A stretch of DNA of 64,000 nucleotides from Eledone cirrhosa (Eukaryota). Numbering within the stretch: the first letter of the stretch is position 1; every line of letters starts with the position of its first letter. The stretch is from contig OZ024746.1 in the NCBI GenBank assembly GCA_964016885.1, positions 19,902,001 through 19,966,000 of the forward strand, written 5' to 3'. Both the position numbers and the translations under genes were made by a program. The notes below the pieces were generated by a model. The model saw only the letters and a program-made list of their open reading frames with translations, had not been told where the DNA came from and made no database searches. Positions 13,575-26,552 of this stretch are shown one piece after another.

Positions 13575-13897
13575 GTTGAGTGTCAACTACCACAGCTTCA
13601 TATTTTTAATAGAGAAAAGGTGGAGGACGTTCGAAATGGTTGTAATTCCAGTGAGGAGAGGGTTTGTAGGAATTATGTGATTGGAGAGACAGTGCATGGG
13701 TTTGAGTGTGTTTGGTGAACAGAGGAAGAGAAACCATTGTAGTATCAATAGAGTAGACAAAAGTTACAGTGGGCTGGTAAATGAAAGTTTGACAATCAGT
13801 TGAGATGGCCTTTAGAGTTAAAAGAGTCATGCAGTATCATTAGACGGTGTGTACTTTTTGCGTCTGCATTATTTATTGTTCCCCACAATTACTGCCG

Positions 13898-14240
13898 TGG
13901 AAGCGCATGACCTAGTGGTAATGTTGTGGATTCCTGGACTGAGTTGTGGGTTGTCGTCTTGAACAAAATACTTTATTTCATGCTGCTCCAGTATACTCAG
14001 CTGAAAATGAGTACCAGCAGCAATAGCTGGGGGTTTAACCCTGTGATGGACTGGCGTCCTGTCTAGAGGTGGGGGTCTTGTACTCTCAATCGTTTGATGC
14101 CATGGAAACCAGGATAAGCATCGGCATGATGAGCATCCGGTCTCGAGACAGACTTTAAGCCTTGGATGGACTGGCGTTCTGTCAAGGGAGGGGGAATGCT
14201 TGTACTCGCAGTCGCTTAACACCACAGAAACCGTGATAGG
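13898..14240 (+). mobile_element. SINE family B with duplicated 3' segment
   Basis: Homologous to 13165-13421; GATGGACTGGCGT...TTGTACTC segment occurs twice. Confidence 0.7.
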
Positions 14241-14354
14241 TTTTAGACAATTACTGCTAGTTATGGTTGGTTTATGCGTGGGTTTTCTGTTGTTTCAGTT
14301 TAGTGATAAGAATATATCCGATATTATCTTCACATTACAAAACAAACCTGAGTT

Positions 14355-14542
14355 ATAATTGTTTCTACTTTAGGCACAAGGCCAGCAATTATCCAGTGCA
14401 TTACTGGTACTTTATTTTATCGACCCCGTAAGGATGAAAGGCAAAGTCAACCTCGGCGGGATTTGAACTCAGATCGTAAAGGGACGTAACTATGCTGGAA
14501 AGCATGGCGTCCGACCCTCTACCGATACTGCCAATCCACCGC
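14355..14542 (-). mobile_element. SINE family A
   Basis: Reverse complement of family A consensus. Confidence 0.8.
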
Positions 14543-14989
14543 GTTATAACCTGAGTTATAATGTCACAATATTTGCCTCTCCAATCTCAGCTAGCATTCA
14601 TTTTCCTGTTTAATTATACGTTACATCTTGTTTTTTTTTATGTGTTTTTTTAAAAGTTTGTCCAGTCGATTATCCATATTATATAACTGGTACGTATTTC
14701 ATAGATACCACCAAAAGATAAAAAAGAAAGTTGATTACATCAGAAATCGATCCCAGAAATGCATTATCTGTACCAGCTACCGTGTTATACTTAGATAACA
14801 GTACTCAGGTAAATGTTTATCAATGACATAGGTTTGAAATAAACGCAGATGTTTTATTATCTTAATCAATCGATGCTTTGGCCAAACACAAAACGTGGTG
14901 TGACCTAGAAAGTAATATCTGTTTTTCTGGTAGGGTGGAAGAATTAAATAAAAAAAAAACGCCCTTTTTTTAATACATAAAATGAGATT

Positions 14990-15145
14990 CAAGGCGACGA
15001 ATTGACAGAATCATTAGAACGTCTGATAGGTGGTATTTGTTTCAGCTCTCTACTCTCTGAGTTCAAATCCTGTCGAGGTCAATTTTGCCTTTCATCCATT
15101 CAAGATCGATAAAAAATGTACCAGTCAAGTACTGGGGTCGATTTT
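14990..15145 (+). mobile_element. older SINE family A variant
   Basis: B-box GAGTTCAAATCC and degenerate central domain. Confidence 0.65.
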
Positions 15146-15549
15146 CCTTTATATTTCTTTCTCATATCCCCCCCCCCTCTCTCTCTCTCCTTCTCTGGAA
15201 GAAATCTGCTGTATTCAGACCTAAAGAAGAAATGGACTCCGCCAGGTTAAAAAAAATGCCCTAGAAATCCCACATGTCAGCATGGCGCCCATATAACTCC
15301 CTCGGGAGCTACAGGACCAAAAGAAGAATATAAGATTCAAATGTTAAACCATCTCACTTCAATTTTATAGACCTTGCCTGTATGTATAGACTCGTAACCC
15401 CTGGTAGACTCGTGGGGTTGCTGTGGTGACATACGGCGTTTCTTGGGCATTTTTGTTTAAGCTTGGCAGAGTCCATTTCCTCTCCATGTCTGAATATGGC
15501 CAATTTCTTCAAGAGTTAGGAAAGAAAATGATAGAGAAAGAGATATATT

Positions 15550-16442
15550 TCAAAAATCGACCTCAGTACTAGACTGATAATTTTTTTTGTTATCGACCTC
15601 GGAAGGATGAGAAGCAAAGTACTCCTCGGCGTGATTTGAAGTCAGAGAGAAGAGAACCAGCATGAATACTGCAAAGCATTCTATCCAACGATCTAACGAC
15701 TCTGCCAGTTTGCTGCCTTTCTTAAATACATTGGCTACACAATAAAGAGATTTTATGTTGTATTTGTTTTCATATTTTGTCTGGTTTACATCACATTTTT
15801 CATTCTTATGATATTTAATAATTGTTTCTACTTTAGGCACAAGGCCAGCAATTACCCAGTACATTACTGGTACTTTATTTTATCGACCTCGTAAGGATGA
15901 AAGGCAAAGTTAACCTCGGCGGGATTTGAACTCAGATCATAAAGGGACGTAACTCTATGCTTCAAAGCATGGTGTCCGACTCTCTACCGATACTGCCAAT
16001 CCACCGCCCTTATGATATTTAATAATGGTTTCTGATTTAGACACAAAACCGACGATCTTTTTGGTGGTGGTGGTGGTGGTGGTCGGGGGGTGGGTGGGGG
16101 TGATTAAGGATGAAAGGCAAAGCTAACCTCAGCGGAATTTGAACTCAAAACCTAAAGGGACGTAATTATATGCTGCAAAGCATGTTGTCTGACACTTTAT
16201 CGATTTCTCCCAATCTACCACCCTAATAATGGTTTCTGATTTAGGCACAAGGGCAACCATTTGGGGGGAAGGGGAAGTCGATTCAATTAATCTCAGTGCA
16301 TTACTGGTACGTTATTTTATCGATCCCGTAAGGATGAAAGGCAAAGCTCACCTTGGCGGGATTTGAACTCAGAGTGTAAAGGGTCGTAACTATATGCCAC
16401 AAAACATGTTGACGCTCTACCGTTACTGCCAATCCACCGCCC
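15550..16442 (-). mobile_element. cluster of four SINE family A copies
   Basis: Repeated AAGGATGAAAGGCAAAG..CTCGGCGGGATTTGAACTC at about 15600, 15895, 16110 and 16335. Confidence 0.8.
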
Positions 16443-16738
16443 TTATAATGGTGTTTAGTATTGACATTCTTTTATAACGTCATTTCAACATCTTTCTTGT
16501 TTTGCTTCCGTGAACTATATTTTATATACATAGCACAAGTAAATCTGTTTTTTTATAGAAAGTTTATGAATAGAGCTAGCATTAGTCTCCTATTCTGTTA
16601 TCTACAATACGAATTTTAAACCGAATCTAAAGAATAGCCGTTATTGATTACTGGTATATAATACAGTACATCATAATACATTGTTTCTTCACACACGCAC
16701 ACACACACACGCACTCACGCACACACACGCGCACACGC

Positions 16739-16798
<60 letters not shown>

Positions 16799-17689
16799 TT
16801 TGTTATATAACTCTACATGGTTAGAGCATTATATAAGTTAGAATTGGCTTTTTTAGCCAGTTTGACTTACATCCCTAACAAAGTGTGATTTGGGCTGACA
16901 TTTAATATTATATATATATATTATTATTATTATTATGGCTAAGTAGTGAGTTTTGTTGCTCTGGAGTTTCAGCTGCGCTCTCACCGGATCATCAGACAAG
17001 ATACAATGGTTTGACAATCCTGCGTCACCGAAGGACAATGTTGTCTCTGATTGAGATGAAGCGATAGTGTTGTAGTGGATAAATGTATTCTTTTCAGGAT
17101 GAATGATGCCAGTATTGTTATGTTGGCAATGTTTATTTTACAATAACTATATTCACTTGTTGGTACATCGAACAACGAATAATAACAATGTGACAGCAAT
17201 TATCACTACATTATTTGCTGACTAACTACTTCGAGCTAGCGTGTATATAATAGACGTGAAATAACAGGAAGACGAAAGATTAGTGAAAAACATAGGTAAA
17301 CCTACTGCGCGTGTATCTATGTTGGTCGATCTACCGAGCCGGTATCAAATGTGAGAGCATAGCAAACAAACTGGTTTTCGTGAAGAGAAATGTTACAGTG
17401 TTAGCAGAACTTTCTTCTCTTGTCTGTGTTATCACTCTGTCTGGTGGTGTAGTATGTAGCCGAGAAGGTGAGAGCCAGTAAGGCCAAGAGAGAGAAAGAG
17501 TAAAAGTGAATTGGCTACATCGTAATTTCTCACAGGCTGCTGCTTCGTGTATCTATGGTGGATTCTCTAAGTATTCAAATTGACATATTTCTTTGAAGCC
17601 GACACAGTTCTTTATATCTCACCTATTCTTATACCGTGATATACACGGTAACAACTACAACGGTACGCGATGGGGCCCACCCACAGCCC

Positions 17690-17865
17690 CGGCGGACAGA
17701 ATGGAGAAGGCGTTTCCCCGGAGACGGCAAGGGAGGCGCGCTGGAAAAGCCACTCCAACTCGCGGGACTCACACCTGCGGCTGGCCAGCTCAGCGCCAAT
17801 GGTGGTGAATAAGGAGGTAGCCCTGGGGCTGAGGACACCAGAAGCCTCCACTGCCAGGGGTACTC
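17690..17865 (-). mobile_element. CRE-like non-LTR retrotransposon 3' fragment
   Basis: Reverse complement of 47325-47500 (ASGVLSPRATSLFTTIGAELASRRCESRELEWLFQRASLAV). Confidence 0.7.
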
Positions 17866-18046
17866 CGTTACAGAGTATTTGAATGTATATAACAATGAAA
17901 CAAACTCATTGCTAGAACAGCTAATTTCTGGGCAAAAATGACTCAGAGGACAGGGACCAGCGGCCAGTATATAATTTTCTATATTTCATCTGCCTGTTCC
18001 TCACCTTGTGGATTGTCTCTTTGTTAACCACTGGTGTATATATATA

Positions 18047-20382
18047 TGTAGCGAAATCTGTCCGCCTACAAATACACACAGAGAGATTTGAGCCCTACTC
18101 TACAGACCCTGTACAAGCCACAGTGGTCTACAACTAATTACAGACCATTCAGAGATATACGAACCATATCTCTCTCTCTCTCTTATTAACTACGGTCTCA
18201 TAACTACTACCACGGACTCCAAATTCCAACAACAATTATCTGTCGCTCGCTGTTTTCACACCAGCAACAACAACAGCCTCACATCAGCAACAATAACAAC
18301 ATTAACAACTCTTGGTAACTGTTTTATATGTACTTTTTAATTGATTCACGTGAAGTAAACTATATATATATAACCAAATCATTTATATTCTTTATATTTA
18401 TATTCATGTTATCTCTTCTAACAACATTGTTATTATCATAACAACTAAATAACCAACATATCTATTCTATACATATTACCATACTATCCATTATATAACT
18501 ATTCCTTTCTAATTTATACCCTTCGTTAAATTGGTAAATCCTAACGTGACTTAAAAAAAACAAAAAAAACAAAACAAAGTGGTATTTAAAAAAAAAAAAA
18601 ACTACACGCAGCCTATTTGATCTGATCATGGTTTTATTTGCCAACCTTAGCAATATACAGTTACCAAATACTTTCACTTGCTTTGTAATCTCTACCAATA
18701 ACAATGGACAATTACTACTAGCTTCCTAGCAAGAAAACCATCACATAGGGAAGAGAAAATAGAACTTTTTTTAAAGAACAATTATATAAATATTTTTATA
18801 TATGAATGTCATTTTTATTTTTTTACTTTTTTTATTCGTTTTACTGTATTATATGCCTGTATGAATAACACGTTTTACATCAAACACACATCATTTTCCT
18901 TGTCACACACCAATATGTTTTTGTCTGTGGTATATTCTGGATTCGATTGGGTCTCTGCGGGATCACTTTTCGACTGGTCAAGGTACGGCGAAAGCTATAT
19001 AACACATGATAATCAGCCAACGATTACTTTTAGCTCGACTCACTGAGCGCACACTCATGTCATAGCATAAACCGCGACTCACGGGAAGAGAATCTTACGT
19101 ATGATAATACATCGAGATTCAATTGGTCAAGGTTCGACAATAGCTATTTAACACATGATATAATCAAACCACGATTACTCAATTGCTCGACTCACTGAGC
19201 AAGCAACTCAAAATTGCACACAGTCATGTCAGCGTAAACCTCGACTCACTGAAGAGAATCTTACGTATGATGATACATCGAGAGAAATAGTCCTCTGTGT
19301 TGTCATATCGTAATCCGATACCGTAACCCATCCATCCATACACAACAGTTCAAAATACATGACTACAACTTTGTATTTTTACAGTTCCTTCTAAATGTTA
19401 CACACACACATGCATACTCAGTCATACTATATTTCTTTTTCTCTCTCTAAATTTCTCTACACTCGAAGTGCGGGCGCAGTACCCACATTTTGTGTGTTTT
19501 GGGACACGCTTCTAGGAATCAGATTCCGCTACCCCTTTTATAATCGATCGCTGCTCCAGCATCGATCTGGGTAGGGAACTAATGTAGCGTAATCTATCCG
19601 CGCCTTGAACTTTGGGTGATACCTAGAGATCAAATTTTAGGTCACCACATTTTTTGTGTTAACAAGTTCAGGTTGGGGGACAGGAAATGACAGCTATATA
19701 TAGACCATGTACAAGCCATTCCAGACAGAGACATCGAAGCGATAGGATATACAACTAAATATGTAAGGATTTACTGCTATCAATAGACCCCCAGTGGTCT
19801 ACAGCCAGAGACATCGGAGCACCCCACTACAGAACAAGCTGTGTAAAGATTCACCACTATTCAACAGACCCCATGAAGTCTACAGATACACCCAGAGCGA
19901 TTGGAACCCTGCTATACAGAACACAAATGTGGAAGATTCACCGCTGTATGCAGTTCACGGTATTTCTCAGTTACTACAGACCATTCAGAGCTATACGTAC
20001 CATACTCTCTTACTAACACGGTCTAACAACTATTACCACGAATTCCAACAACAACAATTATCTGTAACTCGTTGTTTTAACACCAACAACAACAACAGAC
20101 TACAACAGCCTACACTTCAACAACAAAATAATATTGTCAATCTTTGCAACTTATGGTAACTTGTTTATTGTACCTTTTTAATCGATTCACGTGAAGTAAA
20201 CTATATAAATCAAATCTAATATTCTTTATATCCTTTATATTCTTTATATTTATATTCATGTTATCTCTCCTAACAACATTGTTATTATCATAACAAATAA
20301 ATAACCAACATATCTATTCTATACATATTACCATACTATCCATTATATAACTATTCCTTTCTAATTTATACCCTTCGTTACA
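18047..20382 (+). mobile_element. non-coding LTR retroelement (5' LTR 18047-18530, 3' LTR 19583-20382)
   Basis: Two homologous direct repeats start TGTAGCG and end CTTCGTTA(A/C)A; TTGG follows the 5' LTR (PBS position); purine tract GGGTAGGGAA precedes the 3' LTR; no internal ORF. Confidence 0.7.
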
Positions 20383-20476
20383 TACATACGTACGTACGTA
20401 CATACATACATAAATACATACATACATACATACACACATACATACATACATACATACATACATACATACAATACAT

Positions 20477-20911
20477 ATGGTGGCTGCCAACTCGTTTTCG
20501 AGTACGGCCACTACTTTATATCCATGTAAGAGAACCCTTACCAATGCGCTGAACGAGTGTGACTTTTTAGTCCAGTCAGCGACTTGAAAACTCTGGTACA
20601 AACACTACACTTGTGACAATTATTGACACATAGTGCTGGGCCCATGGTACCATGTGATGACAAGTGCAGAGAGATCTCCAGATATAAAGCAATGCCTGTG
20701 CCGTGAAGCTTTTATAGTGAGCAAAGGTACTGCACAAAGCCAGGCCCACTCTCTTAACCAAGATGATATTTACCAAAAAGAAAAACAAGTCAACATCATT
20801 GGATACCATCAGGGTTGCAGGTGTTATATCAGAGTTTTCCTTCTAGAATTCTGCCTTGACAAATGCTAAGGGGTCATCTCTCCCGGTGATTTTGGATGGC
20901 CATTGACTCTT
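20477..20911 (-). mobile_element. bipartite RTE-derived element (5' truncated)
   Basis: Homologous to 4965-5402. Confidence 0.78.
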
Positions 20912-20975
20912 ACATATACATACACATATACATACATATATACATATACATACATATATATACATATATATATAC

Positions 20976-21588
20976 ATGGTGGCCGCCAACTCGTTTTTGA
21001 GTACAGCCACTACTTTATATCCATGTAGGAGAACTCCTATCGATGCGCTGAACGAGTGTGACTTTTTAGTCCAGCCAGTGACTTGAAAACGCTGGTACAA
21101 ACACTACACTTGTGACAATTGTAGACACATAGTGCTGGGCCCATGGTACCATGTGACGACAAGTGCAGAGAGATCTCCAGATATAAAGCAATGCCTGTGC
21201 CGTGAAGCTTTTATAGTGAGCAAAGGCACTGCACAAAGCCAGTCCCACTCTCTTAACCAAGATGATATTTACCAAAAAGAAGAACAAGTCAACATCATTG
21301 GATATCATCAGGGTTGCAGGTGTTATATCAGAGTTTTCCTTCTCCTAGAATTCTGCCTTGACAAAGGCTAAGGGGTCATCTCTCCCGGTGATTTTTGGAT
21401 GGCCATTGACTCTTAAGAGCTCCTTTGCCCTTTGCCAGGTTTTGTTTTTAGTCCTGCAGGATGTCCAAAGTCACCCTCCTCACCAAGAAACCTTGGTGGG
21501 GTTGCCAGTTTAGTCGCCAACAACCCGACCATGAGACAGGTTGTACTGGGATACATGTTACCAGTAGCACCAATTGGTAACCTGACAT
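20976..21588 (-). mobile_element. bipartite RTE-derived element, longest copy (about 610 bp)
   Basis: 5' part homologous to 33827-34245; 3' part with C2H2 remnant and stem-loop; (CATA)-type repeats on both sides. Confidence 0.78.
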
Positions 21589-22269
21589 AACATATGTCAC
21601 ATACATACATACATATATACATACATTAACGGGGAAATTGTGCTTTCCTCCCATAAAAATATTTGCCATATACTAAATATTATGCATAGAATTTAATAAA
21701 TTTAATTAGTAATCTTACAATGAATAGAAAATATTTAGTGTGAATTGGTCCTATGCATCTTACTTAGCCAGAGGGTACTTACATACTTATTTTGACTAAC
21801 TCACAAAAGTTTCCTGAGTTAGAGAATGTCAGACGAGTCCAATCTGTTGTCATCAAGCGATGAGAAATTTTCTCGTGACTAGTAGAGAGGCTATTGTTGG
21901 TGTCAAAACTTTCTTTTCAGTTTATTACATTATGCTCCAATTTCTATTTTTAGACATGATCGACGTAAGTAAATACTTATTCAACACACCACTTACTTTT
22001 CATTCCATTTCTGTTTAGGATAAGATTAGAAATAAACAAAAAGCTACTACCTAGAGAGTAACTACTGTTTGTTGTATTGTTAAGGTTTCGACGATTTCGG
22101 AAGTTGTTTTGCGTCACAACATTTGATGAACATATAGTTTTGTCTAGGCAAATGAATATTTTTAGACCGCAGTCTAATAATATTTATTATAATAAATATT
22201 TTATAGCATTATAACTGATAAATATGTAAGTTAGCGTCGGACTAGGTTATATTCTATATACTGCTCATT

Positions 22270-22503
22270 GTGTCTTTATTTTTTTCTTTCTTCTTGAGAG
22301 GGACGTGTGAGGCAGAGTCTTCAAGCGGGTCCTGTCAAAAGCAACTGTTACCAATTGATTGGGTTGGATCTGTAAGCGAGACGAACCGATATTATCCAAC
22401 CATCTTGCTCGGGGTCTACTCCTGGCTCCCCTGTCGGTTGGTTTTGCCCGTAAAATCTGCCCAGCGGTTCTTTTTTGAGACATTCTAACCACATTTCCGT
22501 AAT
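22270..22503 (-). mobile_element. RTE LINE 3' fragment
   Basis: [20 protein letters not shown]....RPRARWLD; related to 30190-30385. Confidence 0.7.
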
Positions 22504-22532
22504 ATCTCTCTCTCTCTCTATATATATATATA

Positions 22533-22584
<52 letters not shown>

Positions 22585-22652
22585 TATACATATACACACA
22601 TACCTACCTATATATATATATATATATACACATGCATACATACATTTATATA

Positions 22653-22719
<67 letters not shown>

Positions 22720-22744
22720 ATATATATATACGCATACATACATA

Positions 22745-22793
<49 letters not shown>

Positions 22794-22892
22794 CAAGTGG
22801 AAGCTTAGTAAAATCGAAGCTTTGGCTGTGGGCAAACAAAGTCGACCTACAATAGGAATGAGTTAGCAAAGCACTCAATAGGGGTAGGTCCT

Positions 22893-22980
<88 letters not shown>

Positions 22981-22984
22981 AAAA

Positions 22985-23300
22985 ACAAAGATTGATCACA
23001 CTAGGGTACACGATAATCAGTTCTGGCACGAGATCTTATGTGACTTTTTAGACCCGACATACTTTTAAAAGGCCGTCCATATAAATTGCATATTAGTTTA
23101 GGTGTAGCTTGGACTACCTGTATATCTTGATGAACCTTGAAATGACTCCTTAGACCTCTTTGAGATTTACAGATCTTGGGGCATATATGGTATTGATAAG
23201 GGTGAACTGGTTTGTATATTCTATAGTCAGTGGAGTGTCCCATTGTGTGCTCTTATGTGAGATTGAAGTCCAACCTCTGACAGGCAGATTCTGCCACAAT
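22985..23300 (-). mobile_element. RTE LINE 3' fragment with two C2H2 finger remnants
   Basis: CPKICKSQRGLRSHFKVH and CNLYGRPFKSMSGLKSHIRS. Confidence 0.55.
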
Positions 23301-23454
23301 ATGTACACACACACACATATATATATATAGGAGAGTGGGAGGGTGATGGGGGTAGAGAGAAAGAAAGAAAGAAAAAGAGAGAGTGAGTGAGAGGGGTAGA
23401 GAGAGAGAGAGAAAGAAAGAAAGAGAGAAATAAATAAAGTTCAAAAGCTAACTA

Positions 23455-23628
23455 CGACGGAGTGATGCTCGAGCTGTGAAATCGTGTGTGCATTAATTTC
23501 AACTTTTCTAATTAATAACTGCATTGTTTCTTTCCAGAGACTATGTTGAAAAATGAAAAAAATAAACTCCATTTAGTCATTCCATGAGAGTATCTTTGTC
23601 AGCCTATAAACTTTTCAGTCGACCGTCG
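23455..23628. mobile_element. Tc1/mariner-type MITE remnant
   Basis: TA|CGACGG ... CCGTCG|TA; related right end at 34860-34956 (..GGCCCTCG|TA). Confidence 0.5.
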
Positions 23629-23934
23629 TATAGTATCGATGCAAATGACAAAAGATCAGGGTGGGGTTTAATCTGTCCAATGAATGCCATATTAATCTCG
23701 AGATATATATTATCTCAGAAAACACAGACAAACAAAGCTGTGTGAATAAGTTATTTATATACATACTACATGACACATTATGACTATATCACTTATGACT
23801 GATGTCCGGCAGATACAAGTATTTAACAATGCTGGATTTTATCGCAAACCATTCACACACTAAACCTAGCCCAACCTTTTAACAATATTTACACCATGCT
23901 TGAACTATTACTCAGATTATGCGACGTACGCATG

Positions 23935-23974
<40 letters not shown>

Positions 23975-24296
23975 CTGTCTTAAAGCAATTTTTAAGAGCA
24001 CTAAGTTGATTGTACAACGATCACACACAATATTAATGAGAGAGCTCAACTACAAAAGAATATTATATATCGTGAAGTCAAAATATACTTACTATATATC
24101 TCAGCAACGAGGACTCTATTTAAACCTGAAAATGCGACTCGAAAATGGATTGCACCTCTGACGGGACGAAGGTCTCATTTTCCAATTATAATCCTAGGAA
24201 AGGGTTACCTAAGATAGACTGTGGTTAAAATCTATGAATGCAGTGTTTTAATTATACTTATTTAAGATAGCTTATAAATAAAAATACTATTAGGGA

Positions 24297-24357
<61 letters not shown>

Positions 24358-25869
24358 TTACACAAGTATCAAAGTTATGTTTAAAACATTTAATCGCTGA
24401 CAATTGTTTCTTCCAAACTTAAGCTTGGTATCTTCGGAGAATTATCAATGTTTGTACATATAATTAATCTCCTATTCAACTGAAGATTCATACAGATACA
24501 TATATATTGATGTTGTGGACAACAGTTTCATGTTTACAGGGTGGAATGGATGCGACATATATTATACGAGAATTTTACAATAATTCAAATTAAGATTATA
24601 ATTACAATTAAAAACTAAAAATTAAAATTAAAATTAAAAGCACAGGGTGGAATACATGCGACAGATAATACAAGAGAATAGTCTAATAATTAAAGAGATA
24701 ATACATGCGTTAGTCATATATAAAGGAATGGAACAAGCAAATGTATTATGCATATATGAGTACTGTATGGAAAGGTATTACATAAAATACAAGCACTTTA
24801 AGCGAATATGTTAGTGTATTATGGGGGATGCAATGCGATGATATTTTCTGTATAGTTCAAATTTGTATGTGTGTAGAATATGAAAGTTACAGATTTCACA
24901 TCCATTACATATGTTAAGTTATATTTGTATTGAATGTTTGTTATAGTAATGGATTGTAACTTGGTGTTATTGTATTCATATTTATGGATTAGGGTTGTTC
25001 TACTGCGAGAATTTTCAACGGTTTAATATCCGGAAGTGGATATGGAATTAAGGGGAGGTAACTAGCTCATTATAATAATTAAATTCCTTCCTCTAATAGA
25101 CATTATATAGTGCCACAATTGAATCCCTTATATAAAAAGTTTATCCACCCTTTCCTCTACACAAATCAATCTTATCTCTAACATTATACTCTAGAAATAT
25201 TCTTATAGTCACCATCTTTTAATATAATTACTTTAGATTACTTATAATTATATAGTGATTGAAATATAATATAATATATATAAACTTTAAATGTTAAATG
25301 TAACAATGAATTATATATACATTTATAATTTATAATTAAATGTATAAATTAATAACATTGTATATAAAGGATTGCTGGCCTATCATGGCGTAACAGCCAA
25401 TTACATGCCATACTGACCCAATCCATAAAAAAACTACTCTTATCATTTAATTAACGACTTTAGCCGACAGCTGTACTTGAAGATTAGAGTATGCTACAAC
25501 TATATTTTAACCAACACCTTTACATAACTACTGTTAAAAGCTAGTTGACAATGTTTCTACAACTGTTCAGTCAGTTGCTGTTTACATCTGACTAAGATTA
25601 AAAACATACAGTTGGTACTTTTAAAACATTTGGCAACATGGGCTTTCTTTTCAACCTAAAATCCCAAATCTGTTCAGGTTTCGAAAAACTTTGACTAAAA
25701 TATTATTACCTGCAGAAGACAACAAAGCTATAGAAAGGTGTTCTGTACCATCACCCCACCCCTAACTGAGAAATGAAACATTACCTGAGGGAAACTTGCT
25801 TAAACAAAGAAACATAATGTGCAAGATTTGAAGACTTATACATAGGCTTAGAAGTTTCCGCTTATACAC

Positions 25870-26490
25870 CGGTGATATGGTTAGCAGGATGTGTGTCAAA
25901 TGGCTATTAAGATAAGTGTGTGTGTGTGTGTGTGTGTGTGTATAGCAGAGTAATTCGTGGTAGCAGGGATGGTCAGTAAGAATGTGTCTGTAAGCAATGG
26001 CGCAAAATCAATTTTTTATTCACATGACCTCTACCTACCAATCAAAATTGTTTTGACCACAAGAATTTTTGCAAACACCAAGTAGCGCTGGAGCCACTTT
26101 TTTAACATAAAAACAGTCTTGGCGCAAAATCAATTTTTTACATTCACATGACCTCTACCGACCAATCAAAATTGTTTTGACCACAAGCATTTTTGCAACA
26201 CAAAAATAACGCTGGAGCCATTTTTTTAACATAAAAACAGGTAGAATTCCCAAAACTAATCAGATCAGAGCAAACAACACGGACACTCTATCTCAAAATT
26301 ATTTTTGAAAAGCATTTAGAAATGCGCAACCGGTAAAAACTTAAAAACTTAAAACCACAACTGAATACTAACCCATACAATCACTAATACTCTTTTATTC
26401 CTAATTAAACCATTTTTCAACTGTGAACAATTTGTCAGCATTTTCTATTCCGTTTACCAATATATAATAACTTGTGTGTTACACCTCTAT
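25870..26490. repeat. dispersed ~600-bp non-coding element with internal ~120-bp duplication
   Basis: Near-identical to 54350-54970; partial inverted copy at 53925-54270. Confidence 0.85.
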
Positions 26491-26495
26491 TCTTT

Positions 26496-26547
<52 letters not shown>

Positions 26548-26552
<5 letters not shown>

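Noticed and set aside
22848-22892. Small structured insert GACCTAC...GTAGGTC between TA tracts as a ribozyme
   Set aside because: Single copy in the window and matches no ribozyme consensus I can thread
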